Origin: the human T2T-CHM13v2.0 reference genome, Homo sapiens
DNA: 64,000 nucleotides
Strand: one strand, 5' to 3'
NCBI RefSeq assembly: GCF_009914755.1
Contig: NC_060931.1
Shown here: positions 26,746 to 47,240 of the stretch, in pieces
How the letters are laid out: every line of letters starts with the position of its first letter
Position numbering within the stretch: the stretch's first letter is position 1
Made by a program: the position numbers and the translations under genes
The notes under the pieces: generated by a model
Database searches by the model: none
Told to the model about the DNA's origin: nothing
The model's input: the letters and a program-made list of their open reading frames with translations, nothing else

Positions 26746-29700
26746 TTTTTTAACAAAAAGAAAACGTCACATCAGGAAACTCTGATTTTGTGGTAGCTGA
26801 CATAGTGTTTTCTTGTACGTGAATAGAATCCTGACATGTAGTGCACATTGATGTATAGCTTTAACTGACCCTGGGTTTTGCAGACCAGGGTTTGTTTAAT
26901 ACACTCCATTCTAGGCCAAATCAGGACAAAAAAAAGAAAAAAAAAGAAAAAAAAAAAAGAAAAGATCCGAATCTAGGTATTTTATAATCTGCTTTTTAAC
27001 CTCTAACCGCAGAGCACGCTGATCAGACCTCATATCTTGGAGGTTTAGGAGACAAGTTAGAACTGTAGCATGTACCTGTTAATTTTGTTTAATTTATGGT
27101 GTCTCAATCTGTCTGTGCGTCTGCACGTGTGCAAGCATTGAAAGAAAGGAGAGAGTAGTCCGGGCGAGCACAGCAGGCAGTTCCAGGGCCAGACGGGCCC
27201 ATCCCCAAGTAGATAGCAGTCTACGGATCTCTCTCTGGCACAGAAGGCACCTCACCTCACACCACTCTCCTGGATACCTGATGAACTGAGCCCTCCCAGG
27301 GGAAGACACTCCCCAGGCCTGGGCAGGGCTTACACGCGCACTCTCTCTCTTCTTTCCCTTTTTCTTCCCACCGCAAGCACTGATGACCCTGTTGAACTCG
27401 TGGGAAACTTCCTTTCTCTGCAGGAGAGAGAACGTGGCATTCTGGGCTCCCCACTCCCATCCCTGTAGAAATGGCCCAAACTCACACCAAAACGTGGATG
27501 CTCTTCAACTTCCAAACCTACCATTTGCCCTTCTTTCATTTCGCCTCTTAGTTCTTTTTATGCACAGTTTTAGGGCAGTCTAAGTACAAACTGAAAGTCT
27601 AACTTGTCTCTGATTCCTCCCTTGTCTATGTGTATATGCGTGAGAATAGAGGCGGGTGAGAGTGTGCGTGCGTGTGCGTGTGTGCAATTTTATACGTCTG
27701 TGTATTTTCTTAAGTACCTGTGCACACGTAGAGTGCATTACTGCCACCTTTTTCAATAAGCTGTTTTATCAGTTACGGCTTCTACAAGTTTGCTAATTTA
27801 GACTTCTTTATTGCCATATCTTTAAACTAACAATAGATGATTTCGGTATATATATATATTTTTTTTTGCTTATTTATAGGTGCTGTATTTTATTATCTGA
27901 TTGTTAGGAAGGGATGAAAGGGGCAAATATTCTTTAGAGGGATAGACTGCCGGCAGTATTGGGTATAATTTACAAGATGTAGTTGTCATACTGTATATTA
28001 CTGATTGAAAACTTTTTGACCGTATTGTGTATCATTGAAACCTTTGTCTTAGGTCAACATCTTTGGATGACATTTTAATGGTGCATTCATTATTTCTTAA
28101 GTTTAATTAATATTACTTTTTTTTTTATTTGGGGGGTGGGAGGGAGTTATAATTTTAAAGGTATGCTCTGGCTGTTCCACCTCCGTGTGCTTGTTAATTA
28201 ACTTGTAGGACTTTGACTGTAAGATGTGAAACCACGTTTCTTGCATGATGTTTTAGAGATTATTTCATTTACAGTCTTTTAACCTGCAGCTGCAGCACTT
28301 AGTTCACGTTTTCACAAATTTCAAGAGTCACTACACTAAAGACAATGCCTTTTCATGAATAAGAAGTTTTCAGAAGGCTCTAGGGGGCTGGGAGGCAGGC
28401 TGTTCGTTTGTCTTTTGTTGGGGGTATCATTTCTGAACTTGAAATCCAGTTCAGGGAGAAGAGAATTCAAAATTAGAGGAGCTTAAGGGGACACGGGTCA
28501 ACATCTAGCTCGATTCAGGTGCATTGAGAAGAGTGAGTTCACATCGGTGACCCTTAGGACAGTGAGTGGCAGAGCCCTGACGACTGTGGTGTCCTCTCCA
28601 CAAAACCCTCAAGGGACTTTTGTCATCATGTGTGATGAATCTTTAAATATCGTCTAATTTTCATAAGAATGAAAAGAAGTTAACAGGAAATAGTAGGCTA
28701 GGGTTTAGTTTTAAAGGCATGACTGTTATTTACAAAGGTGTTAAATCTGAGGAAATTGACAAATACAGATTTGTCCATTCTAGTGGCCAAACAGTAACAG
28801 TCTAAAATGCAGTCATTTTGACCCTCCCAAGCAATTTAGTCATATGTGTTGTTTTCTCTTTTCTGTTTTTACTTCTTAGATTTTTAACTAGGTTACTGTT
28901 GGTTCCCATTCTGTCTTTTTTGCCAGACTTACATCTGGTGCCAGATACAATCAGTTGGTTAAATTTTGCTTGCAGTTCTGTGTATTTTTTTTCCTCTATT
29001 ATTTATTTTTTTAAAAAAAATAGAGATCCTAACCTTAGATCTTTGATGTGAAGCTAGCACTGTCTGTAATACTTCTAAGAGCTGCCACTAAAATAATACA
29101 GCAATCCGTGGCCAGGGGAGCACCCCCTCCTGGTTGGGCCCCTCAGTTGGAGTCTAAGGGTTAATCTCTCATCTTGCTAAGCAGTATTCAAGTGCCTTGA
29201 ACAGTGTCCCCTCGGCATGGCTCCCCTTCAGCAGGCTGGCATTCCAAGCAGTGGCCCCCGCAGGCAGCCGACCCCCTTCCTCTTCACGCTCTATGAGTTT
29301 AAAAAGCTGATTTGTACCTCTCCCCTGGGGGAAACGGTTCCATATAAAACACTAACACTTAATTACAAGCTCCATTATGCCATTTTAAATGGCTTCTTTT
29401 TGTTAATTGGAGGCATTGTTCATAACTTAAGGCTTTTGCCATTAACTTAGCTGGCTAAGCAGAGGCTTGGGGTAAAATCAGTGTTTGCATTTAGCCTCTT
29501 GACCCGGAGTTCCGGCCCAAGCTCCCTTGTGATAGCCGAGATGGCAGGTGTGTGAGTTCTGTCCTAGACCTGTGCCCAACTCACTTCCACCCCAGAGGAG
29601 TCTTCTGTCCTCCTCCCCAACCCCCGAGCTCCCTGGTAACCTCCTCTTGAACTTCTGTATCAGTGAAGACATCTGTGGTTTCTGCTCACCAGACCTCTCT

Positions 29701-32700
29701 TTAGAAAGGGTTATCAGAGCCATGGAGCTTAGCTCAATTGGATTCTTCTAGACGATCTTAGGAGGCATCTTGGCATGAGGCAGCTTCTAAGCGTCTCCTG
29801 GGACAGGATTGGGGTGACAGCCCAGGGATGCATGCGTGGGAGAACTCTCTGAGAAATGCCAGGATCGTGGCTCACAGGGACCCACCATCAAAACCTGCTA
29901 CTTTGTGCAAGTAATTGAGGCAAAAGATACCAGTCGACAGCCTCCCTGGGGTAGATCCCTTGTACCTCCAAAGTACAAATACCTCCCTGCTCAGTTTCCT
30001 TCCTGTCGCCATCTTTGTTTTCTTCCCATTGAAAAACCATCCTGTCTGATGTGGACGTTCAGGTCTGCTGGTTGGCGGTCCGGGCCCAGAGTGCAGCAGA
30101 GCTCTGGGTTAAATATTCCTTTCTGGCCACCGCCCAAGCCCAGGTGGCCAGCTCTCATACCCCATCTCCCTCCTTGGCCAGGGCCAGCATCAGGCGTGCA
30201 GCTCATGACCAGTTTACACAGGCTGCAAAGAGATCGCTGTGGGCCTCGGCTGACTACTTTAAGATTATGCCACAGCCAGGCCCTAAAAAGAGAGGGGAAC
30301 AGGAGTCCCCAGGTGAGCTCTCTGACGGTCAGGTGCCTTCCCGACTAAGGTTGGACTGGATGACTTTGTTCCTCCTGCATGCATGTCCTTTGATGCAAGG
30401 GTGATCAATGAACTCTGTTGACATTCTATGCAATGTTTTTCATTCCTCTGATTTTAGCAAAGCAAATCTTACTGAAAAATAGCAGAGCCAGGGGAACAGA
30501 CGCATGTCCTTCTGGGAGTCACACAAAAGCAGAGAGATTTTGAACTGAGGGGCGACAGCCTTTGCCTTAAATGCAGTATGACAGGCGCTTCTTGGCAGAC
30601 CAGTAAAAACAAAAGCCCATAGACCTTACTCATCCCAAGGCCGACAAGCCAGCTGTACAGGGCGAGATGTAGCAACACGGGGCATGAGCGGTGGGCGTGC
30701 TGGGCTATTTGCTGTGGTACTTTAGGCTGGAGGTTTGGCTCCTGTGCTGCCGGTGGGGGGCCCTGTCCCTCCCCAGATGTCCTCCCTCTTCTTCACACTC
30801 CTCATTGTCCCTTCTACCTCACTAACCTGTGTTCTCCATCTGATGTCACCCAGAACCACACCCCACAGAACTGTGAGGCACGTGGGCTGGAGAGAGCAGA
30901 AAAGCTGCCAGCGCAGCAGACACGAACATCCCTCTGCCTGGTGGGCCGGCTTTGTGTGTCTCTCCTTTTGTGAGCGCAACACGGACAAACAGCTGTGCTC
31001 TGCAAGGCACACGGATGTTTCCCTTCCACCTGTTCCCAAAGCTCCAGCAGCTGTTTCTTTTGCAGGCAGGGCGTGGTCTCGGGGCTCCGAGGGTCTTGTC
31101 TTTGGTCCGCCTTCCTTTCTGTCCAGTCCTGCTCAGCTGTTAAGATCCATCATGGCCATTATCCTTGTCCCGGACTGCCCCAAAGTTCCCAGCTGGCTTT
31201 GGGGAACACTGTAGCTCTTGGGTGTCTCTTGTCTCTGGCATGGTTTTAGCGTCACTGCGAACACTCCTTTGCAAACATCAAACATCTCAAAGACGGAAAA
31301 GGATAGATGGCTTCCTCCAGCCTACACGCCCCGTCCACAGTGGCATCACCCTCTTATCCCAAAAGAATATGCCAGTTCCCATCCAGCACCGAAGAAAATC
31401 AGCTCCTGGGGCTGGTGGTTGGAGGTGGGTCTGTCCACTGTGGGGGCCAAAGTGTTCCCCTGCTGGAGACAGTTTGCAAGTAAGAACCTAAGGATGGGGA
31501 CAGCATCCTGTGCTTGGGCATTGACCAGCCAAAGCTCACATTTAGAAATCCCTCAGTGCTTCTGTGGTTTCACCTGGGCATCGACGACATTAGGGAAGCC
31601 TTTGTGACCACAAGGGCAGGGCTTGTGCCCTGAGTGGCGAGGTGGTGACCTGAGGCCAGTGTGATGTGGTTGGATCTCAGCGTGTACTGAATGCCAGTCT
31701 GGCCGGCACACTCGAACGCTAAGAGAATGGTCCAATTTGATGATCTTATTTCTATTTCGATCAGGTTTTGACTTTTTGTAGATGAAAACTACCAGGGAAA
31801 AGGGGAAGCAGGTACCCAATAAAGTTTAGAAAGATCCAGTCTGTGAAACCCTTAGAGATGGGCTGAAAGTTAAGTCCACCAACCCTTGGGCTTAATCAGG
31901 ACGGAAGAGGAGGGGGTGTGGGGGGCAGAGCGTAAAACAAGCCCCAGCCCTACTCCCGGCCCCCCAGCCCAGTCTTCCCAATCCCAGAGGCCCCGGCGGC
32001 CTGTGCTCCTCACCACCCTGGTCAGGGGAATAGAAGGAAATGCAATTTCCGCCTGTCTGCCCGACTTCCAAAAACTGCCTCCTCCTGCCCAGGCCTCTCC
32101 CACCACCACCTTCCCTCCAAAGATAACCGTGTCCATGCCATCCGTGGCATCATCTCGAGTTTTCATTTTTGGATGAAGTGACATTTAGCTTTAACAAGAC
32201 ATTTCCAAAGCGCCTAGTCTCCTCCAAAATGCTAACTTTAAAAGTTGGGCATTGTAGGCGAAAAATCCCAAAAAAAAAAAAAAGACAAAAAAAAAAGGCT
32301 GGCGAGAGAAAGACATTTGGCTATGCATAAATGTGCACTTCCCCCATGCCCCCGTTCTTAAACTCTTAAGATGCCTTTGAGTTGCTTTTCATGAATCCTT
32401 TTAGTTTACCCGATAATGTTAAGAAAGCATTAGTCTACGTTACTGTAATTTCTGTAGTGTTTACGCTTTAATTTCTACCACAAAATATGCTATATGCTAT
32501 GTATCAAGCTTTCTGTAATCAGAAAGAAAAGGTGCCTTATATCCCAATGTCACGGCTACATCCCTATGGAAATTAATCAGAAGCACAGTGTGTACGGAAG
32601 CATTGGGACTTCTGCTGGTGAAACAAGAGACCATTCAGCAAGACACATTGAAGTGGCACGGAGCTGCTTTTGTTTTATAATTCTTTTTTCCCCCCTTTTC

Positions 32701-35053
32701 CTTCTTCTTTTTTATTATTTTATTATTTTTTTTGTACTTTGCTTTAAACGGAAAGCACTTAAATAGATGACTATGTGTAAAAGCTCTGTGCAATTGAAAT
32801 CATTTTTCTTCATTTTAAAAAAATAACGTATTGCACACCAAATGAACTCAAAGTAAGCTTTAGACCAGGACGATTCAGGTTATGAATGAGTTTGTTCACT
32901 GTAGTTCCGTTTGTTCATGAACCGAAGGGAAAACAGGCCTCCCCGACTCCCTCCAGTCTCCCAGCCTGCCTCTTGGTGACCACTGTGCTGGGCGTGCAGG
33001 GCCCGCGGGCTCTGGCCGGAGCCGCTGGCCTGACGAGGCAGGATAGGGAGTATCCGTGATTCAGAAGCTGAGACCCTTCCCCAGTGTCTGAGGCCACAGC
33101 CATCCCTTCCAGCACTTAATCTTGTCTTGTTGAAATGGACTGACTGCTACTGACCTGCCGGCGTGCGTGAGGGTGATTATAAAAGGATGTTTCCTTGAGA
33201 AAAAAAAAATTATTTCTATCCTCTTCTATTTATTATTAGGTTAATCATTTAAGTACTTATCAGGAGTGTATTGTTATTTTGTGTTTTGTTGTCATAAATG
33301 CTTTTTGCTGTCACTCTAGTGGTTACTATCCTCTGCCTTCCTCTCCTCCCCTACTCCCCCAGAGAACCAAGGCGTCTGGGGGATTGACTGGGGGGCAGAG
33401 GGGGTTTCCCCAGCAAAATCAAACACCTGTCTCCAGAGTAGCCACTCAAAAACTGGTGGTCTCTATGTGTCTAACTTTTTAAATGAGAGTGTTTATGAAC
33501 AAAAAAATTTACCAACGTGTGAGGGAGTTGCTGAGTTGAAGAATGCTCGCTTGAGGAGCTTCAGAGGAATCTTAGCAAAGCCAAGTTCAGTTCCCCAAAG
33601 CCTCCTAGAGCCTCTGGTAAGACTTCTGGGTTCATGAAGTTTCGGCGAGCCGTGGTCAGAGAGGGCGCGGTGGCCTGGCCAAGACTTTACCTCCAAGCGA
33701 GAGAGTGATTTCTTCCAAGGCCCGCACGGGTTGATACGTTTTGGTTGGTTTTTTGTTGTTGTTTTTCTTGCGTACAAAGTTGGTCAAAACCATCTTTCAA
33801 AGCAACAGTGTTTTGTAGTACCAGGCTGTGGCTTGAGGGCTCACCTAGGAGATCATAGGCAGAGGGCCCCTTTCCCCTATAGGTGGTTCAACGTGGAGGA
33901 AGGTTGGGTGTGGAGATTGCTTGCTGTGGCCCCAAGCTCAGCCAGCAGGACACCCAGTTGTTGCCAATCAGGTGTGAAGGTGAGGCGCCCTGCCTTGATC
34001 CCATGGGCCCAGCAGAAGGAAACTTACCCCAGGCCAAGGCAAGGGCCCTGCTCACCCCAAGGTAGGCTGGGAAGAGCATCTCTTTCCATATCATCACCTC
34101 CCCTTCTCCAAGATTGCCGGGGGCCCTGATTTTGTTCTCTCTTTGAAAGAAACCCTCCACCGAAACAATGGTCCCCATCTCCCCAGAAGCCTTTTTTTTT
34201 TTCATTTTTCTCTAATTAGTCTATGCATTTCTCTCTCTCAAACCATCTTCTGCCTCTTCCCTTGAGAAAACGGGCATCTCACGTACCCCCATCTGAGACC
34301 TCTTGGAAAAAAAAAATCCCGTGTATTCTGGAGATGTGAGAATTCACCCAAAATTCTTAAAACATTGGAGAATAGCTTGTTATAAAATAAAAGTGGGGGT
34401 AAAAAGAAGGTGGTTTTCCCCACATCCCTTTGCATTGAATAAGAGACCTAGTTCTTTGCGTTTGTGCAATAACTCTTTGCTGCTTGCCTTGAGAGCGGGT
34501 AGCACCACGCTCCTGTCCAGACTACTAACAGCACAAGACGCACTCACAGGGTGGCGGAATCTTCCGGAAAACTCTCTATAAGCTCAGCTCCCCCCACCCC
34601 ACCCCCACTCTAGCGTTTTGTCACGTCTTACATTTTAGCAGTATTTTATATTTTCTGTAACGCACCAAGTCTTAGATCTTTCTAGAGCTTGTTTGTTCAT
34701 CCTCACAATCACAGATTTTTTTCTCCAATCCTCACAGAGACCCAATTGACCAAAAAAGAAAAAAGGAAAAAAAAAAAGTCGTCTTTTTTTTTTTTTTTTG
34801 TACAAATCGCTTTGAGATGCCTCTGGTGTGTTGCTGTGTGACATCTCTCTGGTAACATTTTATTTCTTGCTATTTGTTTTTCTACATTAAGAGTCAAAGT
34901 TGACCTGGCTGGCGTGGGGGTGGGGGAGGCACCCGTCGGCCCCTTGGTGTTGTCCCTCTGTCTTTGGTTAGCCATACGATGTTTGTTCTCAGCACTGTAC
35001 AACGGTCCCTATATAATACGGAGAAGCAATATCACTGTATGAGACTCACACCA

Positions 35054-35142
35054 TGTATTATTATTCACTAGCACCCTAGGTGTGATAATTGAAGTAAATA
35101 TCTTTTATACAAACACAAGAATGTGTGGGTTGTTTTTATTTA
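35054..35142 (+). terminator. Distal CUX1 poly(A) site with variant AGTAAA hexamer
   Basis: TGTA at 34996, 35036 and 35054; AGTAAA 35093-35098; CA at 35114-35117; downstream tgtgtgggttgtttttattt GU/U-rich element. Confidence 0.65.
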
Positions 35143-36108
35143 AAGTGCTCTGGCCTGAGGACGAGCAGCAAACACTGTCATTCGAGGTCCAAAGGGCACC
35201 TCAAGAATCGCCGTTCCCGAGGTCGTCCCCTTTGCACCTGTCCGCGGGTCCTCGGGCGTGTGGCTTCCGGGCACACAGAAAACCGTGTGGTTCTAGGATA
35301 CATGGGGATCTCGGGCACTGCTCTGTCAATCTGCATCCGGTTCACAGGAAGGGCTTCGCCAGGGCCTGCGTTCCTACTTGCTGTTGTCACCAGCACTGTT
35401 TGCCTACCCTTGAACCAAGCCCTTACCCTCCCTGGCGTCCGCTTCCTTTTCTGTAAAATGGAGACACCATCTCCTGTCATATAGGCTTGCTGTGGGGAAC
35501 CAGGAATGGTGGCCAGTGCTGGTGCGGCACTGGGCTGGTGGTGGCAGCCCCAATCGATGGCACTTAGGCGACCAGGACTACGGCCAGTCTCCTCTGCCGT
35601 GTGGCCTGCAGCTGGTCAGTGGCGTGGCCTCAGCCTTCTGTGTGGGGGTCTCACTGTGCCCCTGACTCCTGATGTAACAGAAAGACAAGTGAAAGGCACC
35701 AGTTAATGCTTGCGAGTGGGACAGTGGCTTGCGGGTCTCTGGAATGACGGGGCTACTGAGAAGAGTCTCTTTCCAGATGGCGCTTGGGCTGGAGGTGGGG
35801 GGAGAGCTCTGCAGAGGTGGCTGTTAGGCTTCTCCGCGCAGTTGTGACTCAGAGGCTGTTGCTCGTCTTGGGTTGGAAAAGAGCTGTCTGCCAGGCCGAC
35901 GTGTGTCTGGTGGAAGTGGGGGATGACTTGGTCGCATATTAATTTGGAGATTTCAGATTGTGAAATGTCCACATGTGATACAGAATCGTAAGCCCCTCTC
36001 CCAATTCAACTGGATTCAATCCTCCCTCCAGTGGGAGAACCCAGAGTATGGGATGGAGACACCCCCCAGTGCCAGGTGCCCTCGGCAGCCCCGTGTCTGA
36101 TGCAGTCA

Positions 36109-36564
<456 letters not shown>

Positions 36565-36814
36565 CTAGTTTAGGTATGCCCCTATGTATTTCATGATCTG
36601 CTAACTAAATTAAAATAAGAAATGTTAAAAAAAAAAAAAAAAAGAAAAAGAGAAAGGAAGGAAGGAAAGGAAGGAAGAAAGAACAGTTGGGCACAGTGGC
36701 TCATTCCTGTAACTCCTATAGGCCCAGCACTTTGGGAGGAGGTCAAGGCAGGAGGATGGCTTGAGCCCAGGAGTTTGAGACCAGCCTGGGCAACATAGTG
36801 AGACCCCATCTCTA

Positions 36815-36970
<156 letters not shown>

Positions 36971-37144
36971 CTAAATCTTGGGGAAAAAAAAAAAAAGGAA
37001 CACTTAGCTCAAAGTCTTTTTCCTCAGAAAGTTGAGACAGGATCTCAGTCTGTCACCACCTCCTCCTCCCAGGCTTAAGCAACCCTCCCATCTCAGCCTC
37101 CCAAGTAGCTGGGACCACAGGTGTGCACCACCACGCCTGGCTAA

Positions 37145-37288
<144 letters not shown>

Positions 37289-37302
37289 TGAGATTTAATT
37301 AA

Positions 37303-38146
<844 letters not shown>

Positions 38147-38770
38147 TAGACAGGGTGGCGCGACGTGATGATGAGATATATTAGAGCACTTGAATTGTCT
38201 GCAATGGTCCTGTGTGCTTCTGTTACAAAGCCCCTCTGAGTGGCTGCCTGGGGGCATGCTGCTCCTCTCCACGGTCCTAACATGCCAGCTTTGGGGGCAC
38301 ACAGCTTGCTGGTGTCTACTTCAGCTCATCACTGATTCCTGTGAGGTGGCAGAGGCCTGGGCCTGCATGTACGGACCCAACCAGGGAACTGGGAGGGCTC
38401 CACAGAGCTACCGTGATGTTGCCCAGGCTCCCGGCCAGTGGGCCGTTGCTTAGCAACCGACTCATGCAGTGTGGAGTGACCGGCCTCCACAGACAGGGGA
38501 GACACAGCCTGGGCCCAGCCTTAGGCAGGCATTGCTGAAGTTCCTGTCTTTTCCAAGAAGTTCAGACTCTTAGAATACCAACAGGAAGGGCCCTGGTCGA
38601 GCATGGTGGGTCACGCCTGTAATCCCAGCACTTTGGGAGGCTGAGGTGGACAGATCACCTGAGGTCAGGAGTTTGAGACCAGCCTGGCCAACATGATGAA
38701 ACCCCATCTCTACTAAAAATACAAAAATTAGCCAGGCATGATGGCACATGTCTGTAATCCCAGCTACTCA

Positions 38771-38935
<165 letters not shown>

Positions 38936-39777
38936 TCAATATGGATAAGTAATAGCAGAGCTTCCCATTTGGGGCAGTGGTGTGGCCTCCAGGGAGCGGG
39001 ATTTGAGGACAACCCTCCCATTGTTCAGGGAGGCGTCAGTGTCTCTGTGGTCAGGAGACACTGGCTGTATCAGGATCCCAGCAGCGTCTCTTAGTGGCTG
39101 ATGACCGTGAGCAAGTCTTAAGTCGATGCTCAGGAAATCTTTGAAAGAATAAATGAGTTTAACTTCCTAGTGCTTCTGTTTCTGTCTCTGTAAAGGGGAT
39201 ATAAAAAGCCAAACTCGGTCGGGCACGATGGCTCACACCTGTAATCCCAAGGCTTTGGGAAGCCAAGGCAGGAGGATCACTTGAGGCCGGGAGTTCAAGA
39301 CCCACCCTGGGACACATAGCAAGACCCCATCTCTACGAAAATGTTTAAAATTCGCCGGATGTGCTGGCACATGCCTGTAGTCCCAGCTACTTGGGAGGCT
39401 GAAGGATCGCTTCAGCCCAGGAGCTCAAGGCTGCAGTGAGCTATAATTGCACCACTGCACTCCGGCCTGGGTGACAGAGTGAGACCCTGTCTCCAGTTGA
39501 AAAAATAAGAGGTAGGTGGCTCATGCCTGTAATCCCAGCACTTTGGGAGCCGAGGCGGGTGGATCACGAGTTCAAGAGATTGAGACCATCCTGGCTAACA
39601 TGGTGAAACCCTGTCTCTACTAAAAAGACAAAAAAATTAGCCAGGCGTGGTGGCAGGCACCTGTAGCCACTCAGGAGGCTGAGGCAGGAGAATCGCTTGA
39701 ACCCAGGAGGCAGAGGTTGTAGTGAGCCGTGATACCTCCACTGCACTCCAGCCTGGGCGACAAAGCAAGACTCCATC

Positions 39778-39827
39778 ATGGATGGATGGATGGATGGATG
39801 GATGGATGGATGGATGGATGGATGGAT
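39778..39827. repeat. (ATGG)12 tetranucleotide repeat
   Basis: Perfect ATGG run directly after an Alu body. Confidence 0.95.
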
Positions 39828-40239
39828 AACTCACAGGGTTACTGAGAGGACCCAGTGAGAAGACCTGGAAACCACTCACCCAGCACCCAGTGGCAGGGCA
39901 GAGCCTGGAAGGATCCAAGTGAGGCCTATGCAGTTACTGGCAGTGGAAGCAGCAGAGGACTGGCTGGCCCTGCCAGGGTCTTGCTGCCCGTGGCCAGGCC
40001 CCATCTCCTGGGGTCTTTAGTCTCCTCTAACACACATGGCCTCTGGGTTTGGCTGTGATGGGGTGGGACTGAGCCGTGGTAGATGCTTACATCAGACGGA
40101 TTGCAAAGAGGGCCAGCTGTGCCCCAGCCTGGGAGACCCTGCAGCTGTGGGAATCCCGGTGCAACTTTCCAACTGAGGAAACAGATGCTTGCCGCGGGGT
40201 AGTATCCACTCGCCCGTGAGCTAATACATACCGAAGGCT

Positions 40240-44310
<4,071 letters not shown>

Positions 44311-44717
44311 TGGGGTCAAGGGAAGGGGCGTGTGTGCATGTGTACATGCCTGCTAGGAGAACATGCTTGCATGCATGTAGAAGGCAAGAGCCGGTGCTGC
44401 AGGAGAGGGTGGCATTGCTGGAGACCCCATTGCATAGGGGTGGGGGCCAGCACCTGCAGGCATGGGGAGCCGGCTGGGGGGGCTCAGTGGTCACCTGAGG
44501 CTACCTGCAGGATCTACAGGTGCAGAGGCAGGGAGGGGTGGATGAGGCAGCAGCTTGGCCCCCTCAGTGTCCTCCTAGCAGAGATACCATGTGCACCGAG
44601 CGTCTCCACCATTCCTACCTGGCCTGCAAGTGATTTAATAAGACAGGGGCAGCCGGGCATGTGGCTCATGCCTGTAATCCCAGCACTTTGGGAGGCTGAG
44701 GTGGGTGGATCACCTCA

Positions 44718-45247
<530 letters not shown>

Positions 45248-45984
45248 TAGAGATGACGTTTTGCCATGTTGCCCGTGCTGGTCTCAAACACCTGAGCTCC
45301 AGCGATGCTACCACCTCTGCCTCCCAAAGTGCTGTATTCCAGCCGTGAGCCACTGCACCGGGCCCTCCTGAAGTCTTGACCTTAAAGATGCTTTGATTCC
45401 CTCCTCCCCTCTGTGAGGTGCCCCCTCTAGGATGTCTTTGTGGGTTCTCCCAGAGGATGAGGTCCCAGTCTTTCCTGAGGGGAAGGGGACCGTCTTGGGC
45501 CCTTGCACCACAGACTCCTTTTCTGAGCCCCTTTCCCTGTCTTATGCTCACTTATCCACCCGTCGCCTGTCATCCCTCTCTCCCCTAAACAAAATCTGTC
45601 CCTCTCTCCTGGGTTTCTGGGTTGCAGATGGTCCATTCCACACACTCTATGCTTCTCAAGATCCCCTCTCGGGCACACGTTACTGCTCTTCCACCAGTTC
45701 TGCCCATCGGGCTGTGCCTTGCAGCCCTGCATGCCCCCACCACCTCGACGACAACACCTTCGCCTCGCTCAGCCTCTCTGTAGCTTCTGACCCCCTGACC
45801 CTCCATATTCATTGACCCTCCTGCCTCATCTTGGTGCCTTCACATGCATCCTCCTGCTGTCTCCCCTGCCTCCTGCTGCCTCTTCTCAGGGTCTTTGCGG
45901 GACCCCCTTTGTGGATCACCCCCTGAAGCTCTGGCCACCTCACAGCAGCACTGTCTCAGGACCTGTCCACCACCCCTGATTTTC

Positions 45985-47240
<1,256 letters not shown>

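Larger units (their letters stand above)
25927..35117 (+). other. CUX1: CUX1 long 3'UTR (about 9.2 kb if the distal site is used)
   Basis: Follows the stop codon; free of Alus; has U/AU-rich blocks and many miRNA seed matches. Ends at a PAS-like arrangement (TGTA elements, AGTAAA 35093-35098, CA, GU/U-rich tract). The 3' end is inferred. Confidence 0.75.

Noticed and set aside
26927-26963. Long A-rich tract in the 3'UTR resembling a poly(A) tail or retrocopy end
   Set aside because: Genomic A-run with no adjacent PAS or TSD; a likely source of oligo-dT internal-priming artefacts.
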